Assembly: GCF_000237865.1 (NCBI RefSeq)
Contig: NC_017459.1
Coordinates: 2,670,001 to 2,702,000, forward strand
Source of the DNA: Haloquadratum walsbyi C23
GTDB lineage: Archaea > Halobacteriota > Halobacteria > Halobacteriales > Haloferacaceae
DNA length: 32,000 bases
Direction of reading: 5' to 3'
This document shows positions 1 through 8,979 of this stretch, in pieces; positions within the stretch are counted from its first letter, which is position 1; each line of letters begins with the position of its first letter. Below the pieces are notes generated by a model, which was given only the letters and a program-made list of their open reading frames with translations, was not told where the DNA came from and did no database searches. The translations under genes were made by a program, and so were the position numbers.

Positions 1-40
1 ATGAAGATGAGCTTGAATCATTATTTTGAGGGACTCCCGC

Positions 41-838
41 ATGTTGGATAGCCTCAGTAACTACAGTAAATACATTGCTACTGTGGTTGGTATTCTCTTT
101 GTTGTATTCTGTGCTGTTACTGCAATCGTGACACCCACAAGTGCGGTTGCTGTCGACACAGCCGATATGGTACGCGATGAACGCGTTGGGACACAGCACA
201 CAGTTTCTGTGACGCTTACAGATCTGTATGAAGAGCCACCACTCGAGTCATGGACACTCACAGGATCAACAGCGCTCGTCGATGTAACATGGACGATTAT
301 CCAATATGACCAGACTGGTGCACAGATTGACCAGCAATCATATGATGGTCAGCGACTTACTGGGACGCGTATCGCAGCAGTAGATGGAACCAATCGAGTC
401 AGTGTCAGAGTTGCTGGAACAATTCCTCGTATTGAGTCATTCTCATATGATCCAAAACAATCATTCCGAGTGGTTTCGCTGACACAAACACGAACCGGTG
501 GATCATCAAGCGTTATTGACATTTGGACAGCAACACACAGCACAGAGCAGAGTGCATCAGCACGCGAAGAGCTTACTACAGCACGCGAAACCGTCTCAAC
601 TGTCGATTCAGACCGAGCCAAACAAACAATCCAGAATGCAATTGATGCGTACAATGGTGGGGAGTTTGCACTTGCAACCCGACTCGCATCAGAAGCAGAG
701 GAAGCGGCGAAACAAGCCCAACAATCGAATCAAATGTTTCAATACGTGCTATATGCTCTTTCTGGAATTGTCGTCATCGGGGGTGCGAGTGGGATTGTGT
801 ATTGGCGTCGGCAACAACGGACAGAGGATAAATTATAA
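41..838 (+). CDS. hypothetical membrane-anchored protein (N-terminal and C-terminal TM helices)
   Basis: The ORF is 26..838 and the first ATG is at 41. There are hydrophobic helices near the N-terminus (IATVVGILFVVFCAVTAIV) and the C-terminus (YVLYALSGIVVIGGASGIVYW). The middle is acidic. No family was recognised. Confidence 0.55.
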   Translation: MLDSLSNYSKYIATVVGILFVVFCAVTAIVTPTSAVAVDTADMVRDERVGTQHTVSVTLTDLYEEPPLESWTLTGSTALVDVTWTIIQYDQTGAQIDQQSYDGQRLTGTRIAAVDGTNRVSVRVAGTIPRIESFSYDPKQSFRVVSLTQTRTGGSSSVIDIWTATHSTEQSASAREELTTARETVSTVDSDRAKQTIQNAIDAYNGGEFALATRLASEAEEAAKQAQQSNQMFQYVLYALSGIVVIGGASGIVYWRRQQRTEDKL

Positions 839-938
839 TAAATGATAATTATTGGAGATAACACTCGATGCAGTCAAGATAATTTAATTTTTGAGAACGA
901 TACGGTATTTCCATCAGCATGAGTTGTAGTGAGTACTG

Positions 939-1907
939 ATGCACGTCATTGTTCCATATACAGATGTTTCACCGAAGACACGGCTTGACTCGATACTCAC
1001 AGCATCTGAACGAACTGCATTTGCACAGGCAATGCTGTATGATGTTATTTCCACACTACAGAGTAATGGGCATACTGTTGAGCTTCTTATACCGACAGAG
1101 ACGGTGATGCAAGCAAGAGAGCAACGAGATCAAGCAGATCAACGAGATCAAGAGACAATCATAGATTCGACCGGGGTGAGTACTGAAGCGGTATCAACAT
1201 CTACGTCGACTCATGCGGATACAACAGAACACAATGCTGCAAGTGATAATTACGTGTCACAGTCGCCGACACATACACTGAGTGTTACCCCTGAGGCTAT
1301 TATGAGAATTCTTAGAGACGATGATGATCCTGATAACGAGACGAGTACTCAAGAGAGAGATGGCGATAAGGAATATATTGATATTACAGTTGATACCGCG
1401 CAAAATCAAATACAATCCAATCAGATTGTTGTAACGGCTGATGATCGAGCGCTGACGCCTGCGGTCAATAGCTGTCTAAATCGGTTATCTGATACAGAGA
1501 CTCCATTCAGTGAACTTGCAGTGGTGATGGCTGATCTTGCGCTTATCACACCCACAGCAATCGAACGGCTATTCGCTCGAGAGGGAGATATTGTGCTTGC
1601 CCCTGGCCGTGGCGGGGGGACAAACGCGATTGTTGTCAGACATCCAGCGTTCAGGGTCGATTATCACGGCACATCATATCGAGACCACTACCAAGCAGCG
1701 ACTGACGCGTCTCTTTCAGTCGGTGTTGTTGATTCAATGCGCTTGGGAACTGATATCGATGAACCCACAGACCTTCCAGAAGTGCTACTTCACAACAATG
1801 GGATGTCTTCTGTATGGCTCCAATCAGCCGGGATTGAGCTCAATCTTGATGATAATACGGGACGTGTCGGTATCACACGTGAACGTAAGAATGAAGATGT
1901 TGATTGA
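939..1907 (+). CDS. cofC: 2-phospho-L-lactate guanylyltransferase (F420 biosynthesis) with a large internal low-complexity insertion
   Basis: The N-terminus MHVIVPYTDVSPKTRLDSILTASERTAFAQAMLYDV is typical CofC. So is the C-terminal block VVMADLALITPTAIERLFAREGDIVLAPGRGGGTNAIVVRHPAFRVDYHGTSYRDH...DIDEPTDLPEVLLH. The two blocks are separated by about 110 aa of acidic, Ser/Thr-rich sequence. Confidence 0.75.
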   Translation: MHVIVPYTDVSPKTRLDSILTASERTAFAQAMLYDVISTLQSNGHTVELLIPTETVMQAREQRDQADQRDQETIIDSTGVSTEAVSTSTSTHADTTEHNAASDNYVSQSPTHTLSVTPEAIMRILRDDDDPDNETSTQERDGDKEYIDITVDTAQNQIQSNQIVVTADDRALTPAVNSCLNRLSDTETPFSELAVVMADLALITPTAIERLFAREGDIVLAPGRGGGTNAIVVRHPAFRVDYHGTSYRDHYQAATDASLSVGVVDSMRLGTDIDEPTDLPEVLLHNNGMSSVWLQSAGIELNLDDNTGRVGITRERKNEDVD

Positions 1908-2191
1908 ACTGTATTCTTGATATTTCGTAGTCTTATTTTTGTTATCTGAACTCACAAAGGCATTAATTACCAGTCGCAAGGATGTCACCTGGGTAAACCG
2001 TATGAACTGTGTAGTCACAGAAGCATATGAGAAGATTTCCATTATTTTTGCAGTTGAAGCAGATTAAAGCGGTGCGGAAATACTATTCATATCCTTCACA
2101 TAGTATGTATTACCCGAAGTATTGATATCTCAGAGACTGATTCCTGTTGGGAGTCATTAATCGCCGTCCCCGTACTCATAATATATACAGT

Positions 2192-2812
2192 ATGTTTGAA
2201 ACTCGCCCAGATTGTGATGAGGTTGTTCTTCTCGGTCGGTCAAACGTTGGTAAATCAACATTAATGCGTGAACTAACTGGTCACACTGGATTCACAACCG
2301 GGAGAAAACCTGGCGTGACACGATCACCAAATCATTATGATTGGGCTTCTGAATCGTTCATGTTCACCGACCTTCCTGGATTTGGGTTCATGTCCGGAGT
2401 CGAAAGTAGTCAGCGCGAGCAGATCAAGACCGATATCGTCCGGTATATCGAATCAAACGCCGAATCAATCCTTGCTGCGGTTCTTGTCATTGATGGAAAA
2501 AGTGCTGTTGAGATCATCGACCGACATTCCGGACCTGATGAGATTCCCCATGACATCGAGTTGTTTAGTTTTCTCTGGGAACTTGATCTACCGACTGTGG
2601 TTGCGGTAAATAAGATCGACAAGGTTGAGAATAAAGATAATCAACTTGATGATCTCTGTGATCGCCTTGGCTTATACCCACCATGGCAACAATGGCAAGA
2701 TACAATTGCTCCAATCAGCGCAAAGCGGGGGTCAATCGAACCGCTTGAAGAAGCACTTCAAGCAATATTCAGCGATCAACGACGTGATGATCTCTTAAAA
2801 TTTGTTACGTAA
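2192..2812 (+). CDS. engB: GTP-binding protein EngB/YsxC family
   Basis: The P-loop GRSNVGKST is present, along with DLPGFG (G3) and NKIDK (G4). The start is placed at the ATG at 2192 inside ORF 2147..2812. Confidence 0.8.
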   Translation: MFETRPDCDEVVLLGRSNVGKSTLMRELTGHTGFTTGRKPGVTRSPNHYDWASESFMFTDLPGFGFMSGVESSQREQIKTDIVRYIESNAESILAAVLVIDGKSAVEIIDRHSGPDEIPHDIELFSFLWELDLPTVVAVNKIDKVENKDNQLDDLCDRLGLYPPWQQWQDTIAPISAKRGSIEPLEEALQAIFSDQRRDDLLKFVT

Positions 2813-3410
2813 TAATGACGCTTTCTTCATGGAACTGATTGCCATCCCATCGCCATGACCCAAGATGGTGAGTGTGGTCAGTGTCTGTTGATATTGGGTG
2901 GTAGTGAGTGTCCTTGGTTGACTGTCGATCAGTGTCGGTCTCATCATTCGTATCGGTATTAGTATTATATGTATACCAGTTTGCTCCCACCGGGCAGGAA
3001 TCTACTGACATTGGCTTGACCGGTGCAGTATCACTGGGATATTTATTCATGCTGTGTCCGTATTCACGCTGAGCATCATCATAACAACAGATTGCATATG
3101 AATGCCCACTCCACGTCGCCTGCGCACTATCAGTCTCACTTGGGGTTAATGGACCGTCTGGATGACTATGATAGAATCCAATTACCTCCCGACCGGTGTC
3201 ATGAATCATATCAAAGATTGTCATAAGTTCCTCAGGGTCAATTTCATACCGCGTACGCGGCGTTTCAGCAGCATTTGTCGCTGGGTATACAGCCGTGACT
3301 ACGCTTTCAGAGTCATGATATATCCCAGAGAGGACACCGCAAATCTCAGTGGTGTGTGAGTATGATTGCGCGAGAATTGTATTATAACATTCCGATGGGA
3401 TTTCAATCAT
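2805..3410 (-). CDS. JAMM/MPN+ metalloprotease (desampylase-like) with a Thr/Asp-rich insertion
   Basis: The JAMM motif is complete: EICGVL ... [14 protein letters not shown] (E, HxH, S, D). The 3' end converges on and overlaps engB by 8 nt. Confidence 0.8.
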   Translation of the reverse strand: MIEIPSECYNTILAQSYSHTTEICGVLSGIYHDSESVVTAVYPATNAAETPRTRYEIDPEELMTIFDMIHDTGREVIGFYHSHPDGPLTPSETDSAQATWSGHSYAICCYDDAQREYGHSMNKYPSDTAPVKPMSVDSCPVGANWYTYNTNTDTNDETDTDRQSTKDTHYHPISTDTDHTHHLGSWRWDGNQFHEESVIIT

Positions 3411-3660
3411 AACGTATCAACGGTGACTTCGCCAGGAAACTAGTTATTCATATTGCATACGTATATCAAGCATCAGTCATCTATATAGCATGTTAGCATC
3501 AGATGTTTGCGTGACTCACGATATATGAAGTCAAAAAACGACTTCGACATTTTGACAAGGGTGGTTTAATTCTATATTGGCGCCAGGTTGTCTTTTTATC
3601 AATATGGGATGAGATATGCTATTTTATTTTTAATTCAACGGACGGCGATTTGACCTGCGA

Positions 3661-3996
3661 TCAACTTTCTTGAACGAGTTCGTATTCCCATGCATCATAT
3701 CCACCAGCCATACTCTGAATTCTTGCATCGTGAGGGACATCCTCATAACTTTGAATCAGACGTGCTGCTTGAATCGATGATTGTCCAATCGGACATGCAA
3801 CGACGATGTGCTGACTCCACTCGATTTCCTCGATGCGATGTGGCAACTTATCTAAAGGAATATTAATTGCCTCAGGGAGGTGTCCTTGCTCAAACTGCAC
3901 TTGTGAGCGAATATCGATGATCTGCAGTCGCTCAGCAGCATGACTGTTATTCTCCAGTTGGTGTTTGACTGTCTCAGGATCAATCTCAGACACCAT
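3661..3996 (-). CDS. single-domain rhodanese (sulfurtransferase-like)
   Basis: The sequence IIDIRSQVQFEQGHLPEAINIP and the active-site loop VVACPIGQSS (CxxGxxS/R) are typical of a rhodanese fold. Confidence 0.8.
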   Translation of the reverse strand: MVSEIDPETVKHQLENNSHAAERLQIIDIRSQVQFEQGHLPEAINIPLDKLPHRIEEIEWSQHIVVACPIGQSSIQAARLIQSYEDVPHDARIQSMAGGYDAWEYELVQES

Positions 3997-4423
3997 TGAA
4001 ACTCACTCCGTTTCGGGTTGTCACTTGTATATATAATTCATATTGCAGTAAAAATGTTCGGAGACCCCCAGATGCGACGGCACGTATCACGGTCTGAAAG
4101 CCATATTGTATTGTGTCTGTATCGTACATAAAGATACGTCTCAATGAGTTCGGATGGTGGCTCAGATAAAATACCACATCACAAGGGGCTCAGTGGGGGT
4201 AACTGTCATCATGGCCACCATCGATAGATTACACTTGATAAATAAGAATCCACGTTTCTCTCCTAGCTATTTATATACTATCCAATTGATAGACGCGAGA
4301 AAATATACGTAGATAACAACTGTCCGATAGACTAGTTTGTGCTCATGATCTCATCATCCATCGAAACCGGATACGCTAGCCAACACCTACTTGTTTTTCA
4401 CTGAGCGATACCCTTGTCATTGT

Positions 4424-5164
4424 ATGGAATTGTTTGCAGTTAGTAATCTTCCAGAGGTGAATCAGGGCGATGACCTCGCAGCGTTGATTACTGAACAGGT
4501 TGATCTCAGATCAGACGATATTATTTGTGTTGCTTCAACGATTGTTTCAAAAGCTGAGGGACGGACTGCGAATCTCGACCGTTTTTCACCGGGTCCACGT
4601 GCTAGAGAACTCACAACGGCGCTTGATTCAGACATAGATCCGCGATTCACCCAGGCTGTTCTTGAAGAGAGTGTTGAAGTTATTCTTGAATCACCATTCC
4701 TCCTTACTGAGACACGGTTTGGTCACATCGGAGTCAACGCAGGGATTGATCGGTCAAACGTTCCTGACGCAGACTTATTATTACTGCCGAAATCGCCGAC
4801 AGAGAGTGCTCAGCGTCTTCATGAGGGATTACCAGCTAATCGGATTATCGTTACCGATACATGCGGGCGACCGTTTCGTCATGGACAGCGCGGTGTTGCA
4901 CTCGGGTGGGCAGGGCTTCCACCAGCTCGTGATTGGCGCGGGGAAACAGACCGAGACGGTCGTGAGCTGAGTGCAACCGTCGAGAACGTCGTTGACGAGC
5001 TTGCTGCTGCGTCAAATCTTCTCACAGGCGAGGGTGATGATGGAACACCTGTCGTTGTTATTCGTGACTTCGAGTGGGGCGATCATGGAAGTAGTGATGC
5101 TCACTTTCGAGATGTCGATACAGACTTTGTGCGCCAGGCTGTCCGGGGGTGGTCATATGCGTGA
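4424..5164 (+). CDS. cofE: coenzyme F420:L-glutamate ligase
   Basis: MELFAVSNLPEVNQGDDLAALI...ICVASTIVSKAEGR...GVNAGIDRSN...TDTCGRPFRHGQRGVALG is the CofE signature. The ATG at 4424 lies within ORF 4391..5164. Confidence 0.8.
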   Translation: MELFAVSNLPEVNQGDDLAALITEQVDLRSDDIICVASTIVSKAEGRTANLDRFSPGPRARELTTALDSDIDPRFTQAVLEESVEVILESPFLLTETRFGHIGVNAGIDRSNVPDADLLLLPKSPTESAQRLHEGLPANRIIVTDTCGRPFRHGQRGVALGWAGLPPARDWRGETDRDGRELSATVENVVDELAAASNLLTGEGDDGTPVVVIRDFEWGDHGSSDAHFRDVDTDFVRQAVRGWSYA

Positions 5165-6161
5165 TATCGCTCCGGACCGACCGACACTTGGTGTCGAATT
5201 AACACCTGAGGTCCCTATTCCAACGGTCGTTGATCGTGGAGTGATAGCCGAGGACGCTGGATATGATGGAGCATTTATTTCCTGTCATTATAACAATCGG
5301 GATCCATTCGCAGCGTTAGCGCGGCTAGCTGGACAAACGGACACGCTTCATATTGGTCCGGGTGTTGCAAATCCATACGAACTTCATCCTGTTACGTTAG
5401 CATCGAAAACAGCAACAGTCGCTGAACTAACCAATGGGCGTGCACTCTTTGGGATTGGTCCTGGCGACCCTTCAACATTACAAAACCTTGGTTTGACAGA
5501 TGAGCGTGGTCTGCGGTCAGTTCTTGAGGCATTCAAATCAGCCGAAGATCTCTGGGCAGGCGAACGTATCACACACGAGGGGACATTTGAAGCGAACGAT
5601 GCTGGATTGAATTTCTCTGTTCCTGGTGAAATCCCGGTCTATATTGGTGGTGAGGGTCCGCATATGTGTCGAATGTCTGGAAAACATGCTGATGGATTGT
5701 TATTCAATGGATCGCATCCTGCCGATCTTGCGTGGGCAAGCGACCGGGTCGCTGAGGGCATTGAGGATCGACCATCAGAATACGATGAGTTCGAGTTATT
5801 AGCATACGCCAGCGTCAGTGTCGCAGATGATGCAGAAGCGGCTCGTGAGGCTGCCCGCCCACCGGTTGCGTATATTACTGCTGGGGCTGCTCCGCCCGTG
5901 CTTGACCGACATAATATTGATGCATCGCTTGCTAAATCGATTGGTAAAAAGATTGGTGCAGGTGACTTCTCAGAGGCATTTGAGGCTGTGACACCTAAGA
6001 TGATTGACGCATTCTGTATCGCTGGTGACCTAACAGCAGTAACCGACCAGATAGCAGATGTACTTGAACAGACAGATGGAATTATTATCGGGTCACCGAT
6101 TGGTCCAACGCCGGAACAGGCAATTGAATTGGCTGCAACTGCGTTTGAGCAGGCTCATTGA
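5157..6161 (+). CDS. F420-dependent oxidoreductase, luciferase-like (Mer-like methylene-H4MPT reductase family)
   Basis: The internal ATG at 5157 (MRDIAPDRPTLGVEL...) overlaps the cofE stop by 8 nt. The sequence is TIM-barrel LLM-family-like (GFGIGPGDP, VYIGGEGPHM). Confidence 0.7.
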   Translation: MRDIAPDRPTLGVELTPEVPIPTVVDRGVIAEDAGYDGAFISCHYNNRDPFAALARLAGQTDTLHIGPGVANPYELHPVTLASKTATVAELTNGRALFGIGPGDPSTLQNLGLTDERGLRSVLEAFKSAEDLWAGERITHEGTFEANDAGLNFSVPGEIPVYIGGEGPHMCRMSGKHADGLLFNGSHPADLAWASDRVAEGIEDRPSEYDEFELLAYASVSVADDAEAAREAARPPVAYITAGAAPPVLDRHNIDASLAKSIGKKIGAGDFSEAFEAVTPKMIDAFCIAGDLTAVTDQIADVLEQTDGIIIGSPIGPTPEQAIELAATAFEQAH

Positions 6162-6230
6162 TATCCTTCCTGCGAGGGGTGAGCCCTGATCTTCTGCAAA
6201 AGATAACACAATACAATCGGTATTCACTCT

Positions 6231-6512
6231 CTATCGGGCTTTGCCCATGTTATCACTCGATCGCGCGTCTGGATCCGCTGATGTCTCCTCACGAGCGCTC
6301 GCTCCCCATCCAGTCAGCAAATTGAGTGCCGACCCAGCGGCGAGAAGACCGAAATAGCCAACAGCAACGGTTGTCAATGCGGAACCGACAAGGAATAAAA
6401 TGGCAGTAAGCGGATCAACTCCAAGGAAGACGTCAGTAATGAATGTAATAATCAGGGTGATGATACTGGTAAAGAGTTCAACGATAAAGTCAATAACCGT
6501 AACCATATCCAT
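6231..6512 (-). CDS. small hypothetical membrane protein (2-3 TM helices)
   Basis: This is a 93 aa ORF with a strongly hydrophobic N-terminal two thirds and an acidic tail. There is no competing ORF. Confidence 0.45.
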   Translation of the reverse strand: MDMVTVIDFIVELFTSIITLIITFITDVFLGVDPLTAILFLVGSALTTVAVGYFGLLAAGSALNLLTGWGASAREETSADPDARSSDNMGKAR

Positions 6513-6682
6513 GCTGTGTTTTCAGACTACTTGTGTGTTGATATCACCTGTTCATTATTGCACGTATACAACAAAGCTACACACATCTTCTTATATGCAA
6601 GATAAATACACACCCGTTCATTGAAAAATGGCTTCCAAATCAGTGCAAACAGATATACCATATTCTCTCAGATAATCATGTA

Positions 6683-7075
6683 GTGACACGGGATCGTTCT
6701 CTTGATGAATTCATTGATGCAGGAGTGGCTGATGATGTCTCTGATAGTGACAATGATGCAAACACCGAGATTGGTTCCGATTCGAATTCCGAGCCTAACG
6801 ATACAGGTGATGAGACAACACCGACAGATGATACGCGTACTGAAGATCATACCACAACTGACTCGACAGCAACTGCTGTTGCGACGTCGGCTGATACTAC
6901 TACTACTGAGTCTGAGACACGAGATGATATCTCTCCAGCTGTGGCAACGCTTCGATGTGATCCAAATGGGATTTCATGCCCTCAGTGTGGGGACGTTGTC
7001 ACACAACGCTGGCGGGCACAACAGCAAGGCAAAAACGACACCACATATATTTGTGGAGATTGCAAGAACTGGTAA
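6683..7075 (+). CDS. small zinc-ribbon protein with an acidic disordered N-terminus
   Basis: It has a GTG start. The C-terminus CPQCGDVV...(19 aa)...CGDCKNW forms a CxxC...CxxC zinc ribbon. The N-terminus is a D/T/E-rich low-complexity region. Confidence 0.55.
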   Translation: MTRDRSLDEFIDAGVADDVSDSDNDANTEIGSDSNSEPNDTGDETTPTDDTRTEDHTTTDSTATAVATSADTTTTESETRDDISPAVATLRCDPNGISCPQCGDVVTQRWRAQQQGKNDTTYICGDCKNW

Positions 7076-7197
7076 GTAACTGCGAATTCATCTCATAATT
7101 TGTATAATCAATCTGGAGAGTATTTTCCAGCTCGTGACTCAGCAGACAAAACGGTCCCAGACAATTGGGTTACTCAATGTAGGACAATATAATTCCA

Positions 7198-8979
7198 TTA
7201 GTCTCTTCGAGTATTACGGCGTCCAAATGCACGGACGAGATCCATCTCATCAACGGTGAGCACTACTGGACGTCCGTGTGGACAGGCATATGGATTTTCA
7301 CATGCCCCAAGTTGGTTCAGAAGCTCATCAGCCGCAGGCGAGTCTAATATCTCACCGGCACGGAGTGATTGGTGACAGGCAAGTTCGGCGAGTGTGTCAG
7401 TTCGTTCATGAGCTACTGAGGGCGTGTCATCATTTTGCAGTGCGTCAATTGCATCACGAATACTCACGGGAGCTGCTGGCTGTCCAAGCGGCGCCGGAAC
7501 CGAATGCACATTGATTGCTTTGTGTGTATTCTGAGCATCATCACGTTTCGTATACTCATAGCCGTATGTCATAAGCTGGTCTGTGATGCAATCCAGTGTC
7601 GAATACTGTCCTGGCGTAAGTGAAACGGTAACCGGTGGGTCAATCGTGACAGTCGGAAGCGTCTCATCAACAGTTGCACAGAGTCGCTCATATGTTATCC
7701 GCTCATGAGCAGCGTGTTGGTCGACAATAAGAAGCGTATCATCAAGGGAACATAGAAGATATAATTCCTGAAATTGCCCAAGAACATCCGCGTCCGCGAC
7801 AGCAGCCGAAGAGGTCTGATCAGCATCAGTGAGTGCTTCAAGCGATACATCGAGTTCTGTCGAGAGAGTGTCTATCTGGCGCTGATCAACTGTTGATAAC
7901 GCGTCACTAACACTTGTCTCAATCATATCTGCAATCAAATCAGCGGTTTGAATTCGCACCGTCTGTTTTCGTGGATGGACATTGTGATCGGTCAGTGACC
8001 CTGGAAGTGAAACTGTCACTGCCGCGATTGGATGTTGCCCACCTGGGAGGAGGTCACTATAGCCATTCATAATCGCCGTAATAAGCGTCTCATTATTGAC
8101 TGGTCGTCCGTCAATCGCTATCGAGACCGCATTGCGGTTTGCACGTGTGACTGTTGGATGAACAAGCACGCCATTGATTTCAATCGTGGCAGTCTGCGTG
8201 ATTTGACTGGATTTAGTGTCTATATCAATGGTCTGTGTAGATTCAATGGTTGTACTTTGTGCTGCTATCTCACGATCATACACGCCAAGCAATGCAGACG
8301 TGTATCCATCTCCAGATGTAGAGAGGACGTCGTTTCCATCATGCTGGAGCGATATCGCAGTCATAGGGTGCAATAATGCATAGTGCGAGACGAGTTTACT
8401 AATCCGCGCGAATTCTGCTTGCGATGAGGCAAGCGCTTCTTGTCTGGCTGGAACTGCTTCAAACAGATTATCAACGGTAATAGTTGTTCCACATGCCCGT
8501 CCAGTTGGTTCAACACTCTCAGCGGTCGGACCATTTGTCTTGATCATTGTCCCACATGGACCTCCATTATTTGTTTCAATTTCAAGAGTGCCCACAGTTG
8601 CGATACTTGCAAGGGCTTCACCGCGAAATCCAAGTGTCTCAACTGGTGGAATAATACCGTCTTGTGTTGTTGGTGTGATTTCACCGGCTGCCTGTTTTGT
8701 TGCGTTGATCTTACTCGTTGTATGTCGCTGCACTGCAAGGATAGCATCCTGCTTTGACATTCCCTGACCGTTATCACGAACAACGAGTTGATCGGTCCCA
8801 TCGCCAGTTACTGATATATCAATTCGGTCTGCGCCGGCGTCGAGTGCATTTTCGATCAACTCGGCAACAACGTCTGCTGGTCGAGTAATGACTTCCGCTG
8901 CGGCGACTGCTGCAATCATTTCATCATCGAGACGGCAGATGGTTGTCTTACTGCTCTCTGTGTCCCCTTGATTACTCAT
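7198..8979 (-). CDS. mutL: DNA mismatch repair protein MutL (endonuclease-type)
   Basis: The GHKL ATPase N-terminus (ELIENALDAGA, DNGQGM) is present. The C-terminal endonuclease motifs are DQHAAHERITYE, ACHQSLRAG and CPHGRP. Confidence 0.9.
   Translation of the reverse strand: MSNQGDTESSKTTICRLDDEMIAAVAAAEVITRPADVVAELIENALDAGADRIDISVTGDGTDQLVVRDNGQGMSKQDAILAVQRHTTSKINATKQAAGEITPTTQDGIIPPVETLGFRGEALASIATVGTLEIETNNGGPCGTMIKTNGPTAESVEPTGRACGTTITVDNLFEAVPARQEALASSQAEFARISKLVSHYALLHPMTAISLQHDGNDVLSTSGDGYTSALLGVYDREIAAQSTTIESTQTIDIDTKSSQITQTATIEINGVLVHPTVTRANRNAVSIAIDGRPVNNETLITAIMNGYSDLLPGGQHPIAAVTVSLPGSLTDHNVHPRKQTVRIQTADLIADMIETSVSDALSTVDQRQIDTLSTELDVSLEALTDADQTSSAAVADADVLGQFQELYLLCSLDDTLLIVDQHAAHERITYERLCATVDETLPTVTIDPPVTVSLTPGQYSTLDCITDQLMTYGYEYTKRDDAQNTHKAINVHSVPAPLGQPAAPVSIRDAIDALQNDDTPSVAHERTDTLAELACHQSLRAGEILDSPAADELLNQLGACENPYACPHGRPVVLTVDEMDLVRAFGRRNTRRD

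Noticed and set aside
4971-5156. A 62-codon N-terminal extension of the Mer-like ORF.
   Set aside because: It lies entirely within cofE in another frame and has a non-acidic, low-complexity composition. The conserved protein starts at the ATG at 5157, which overlaps the cofE stop.
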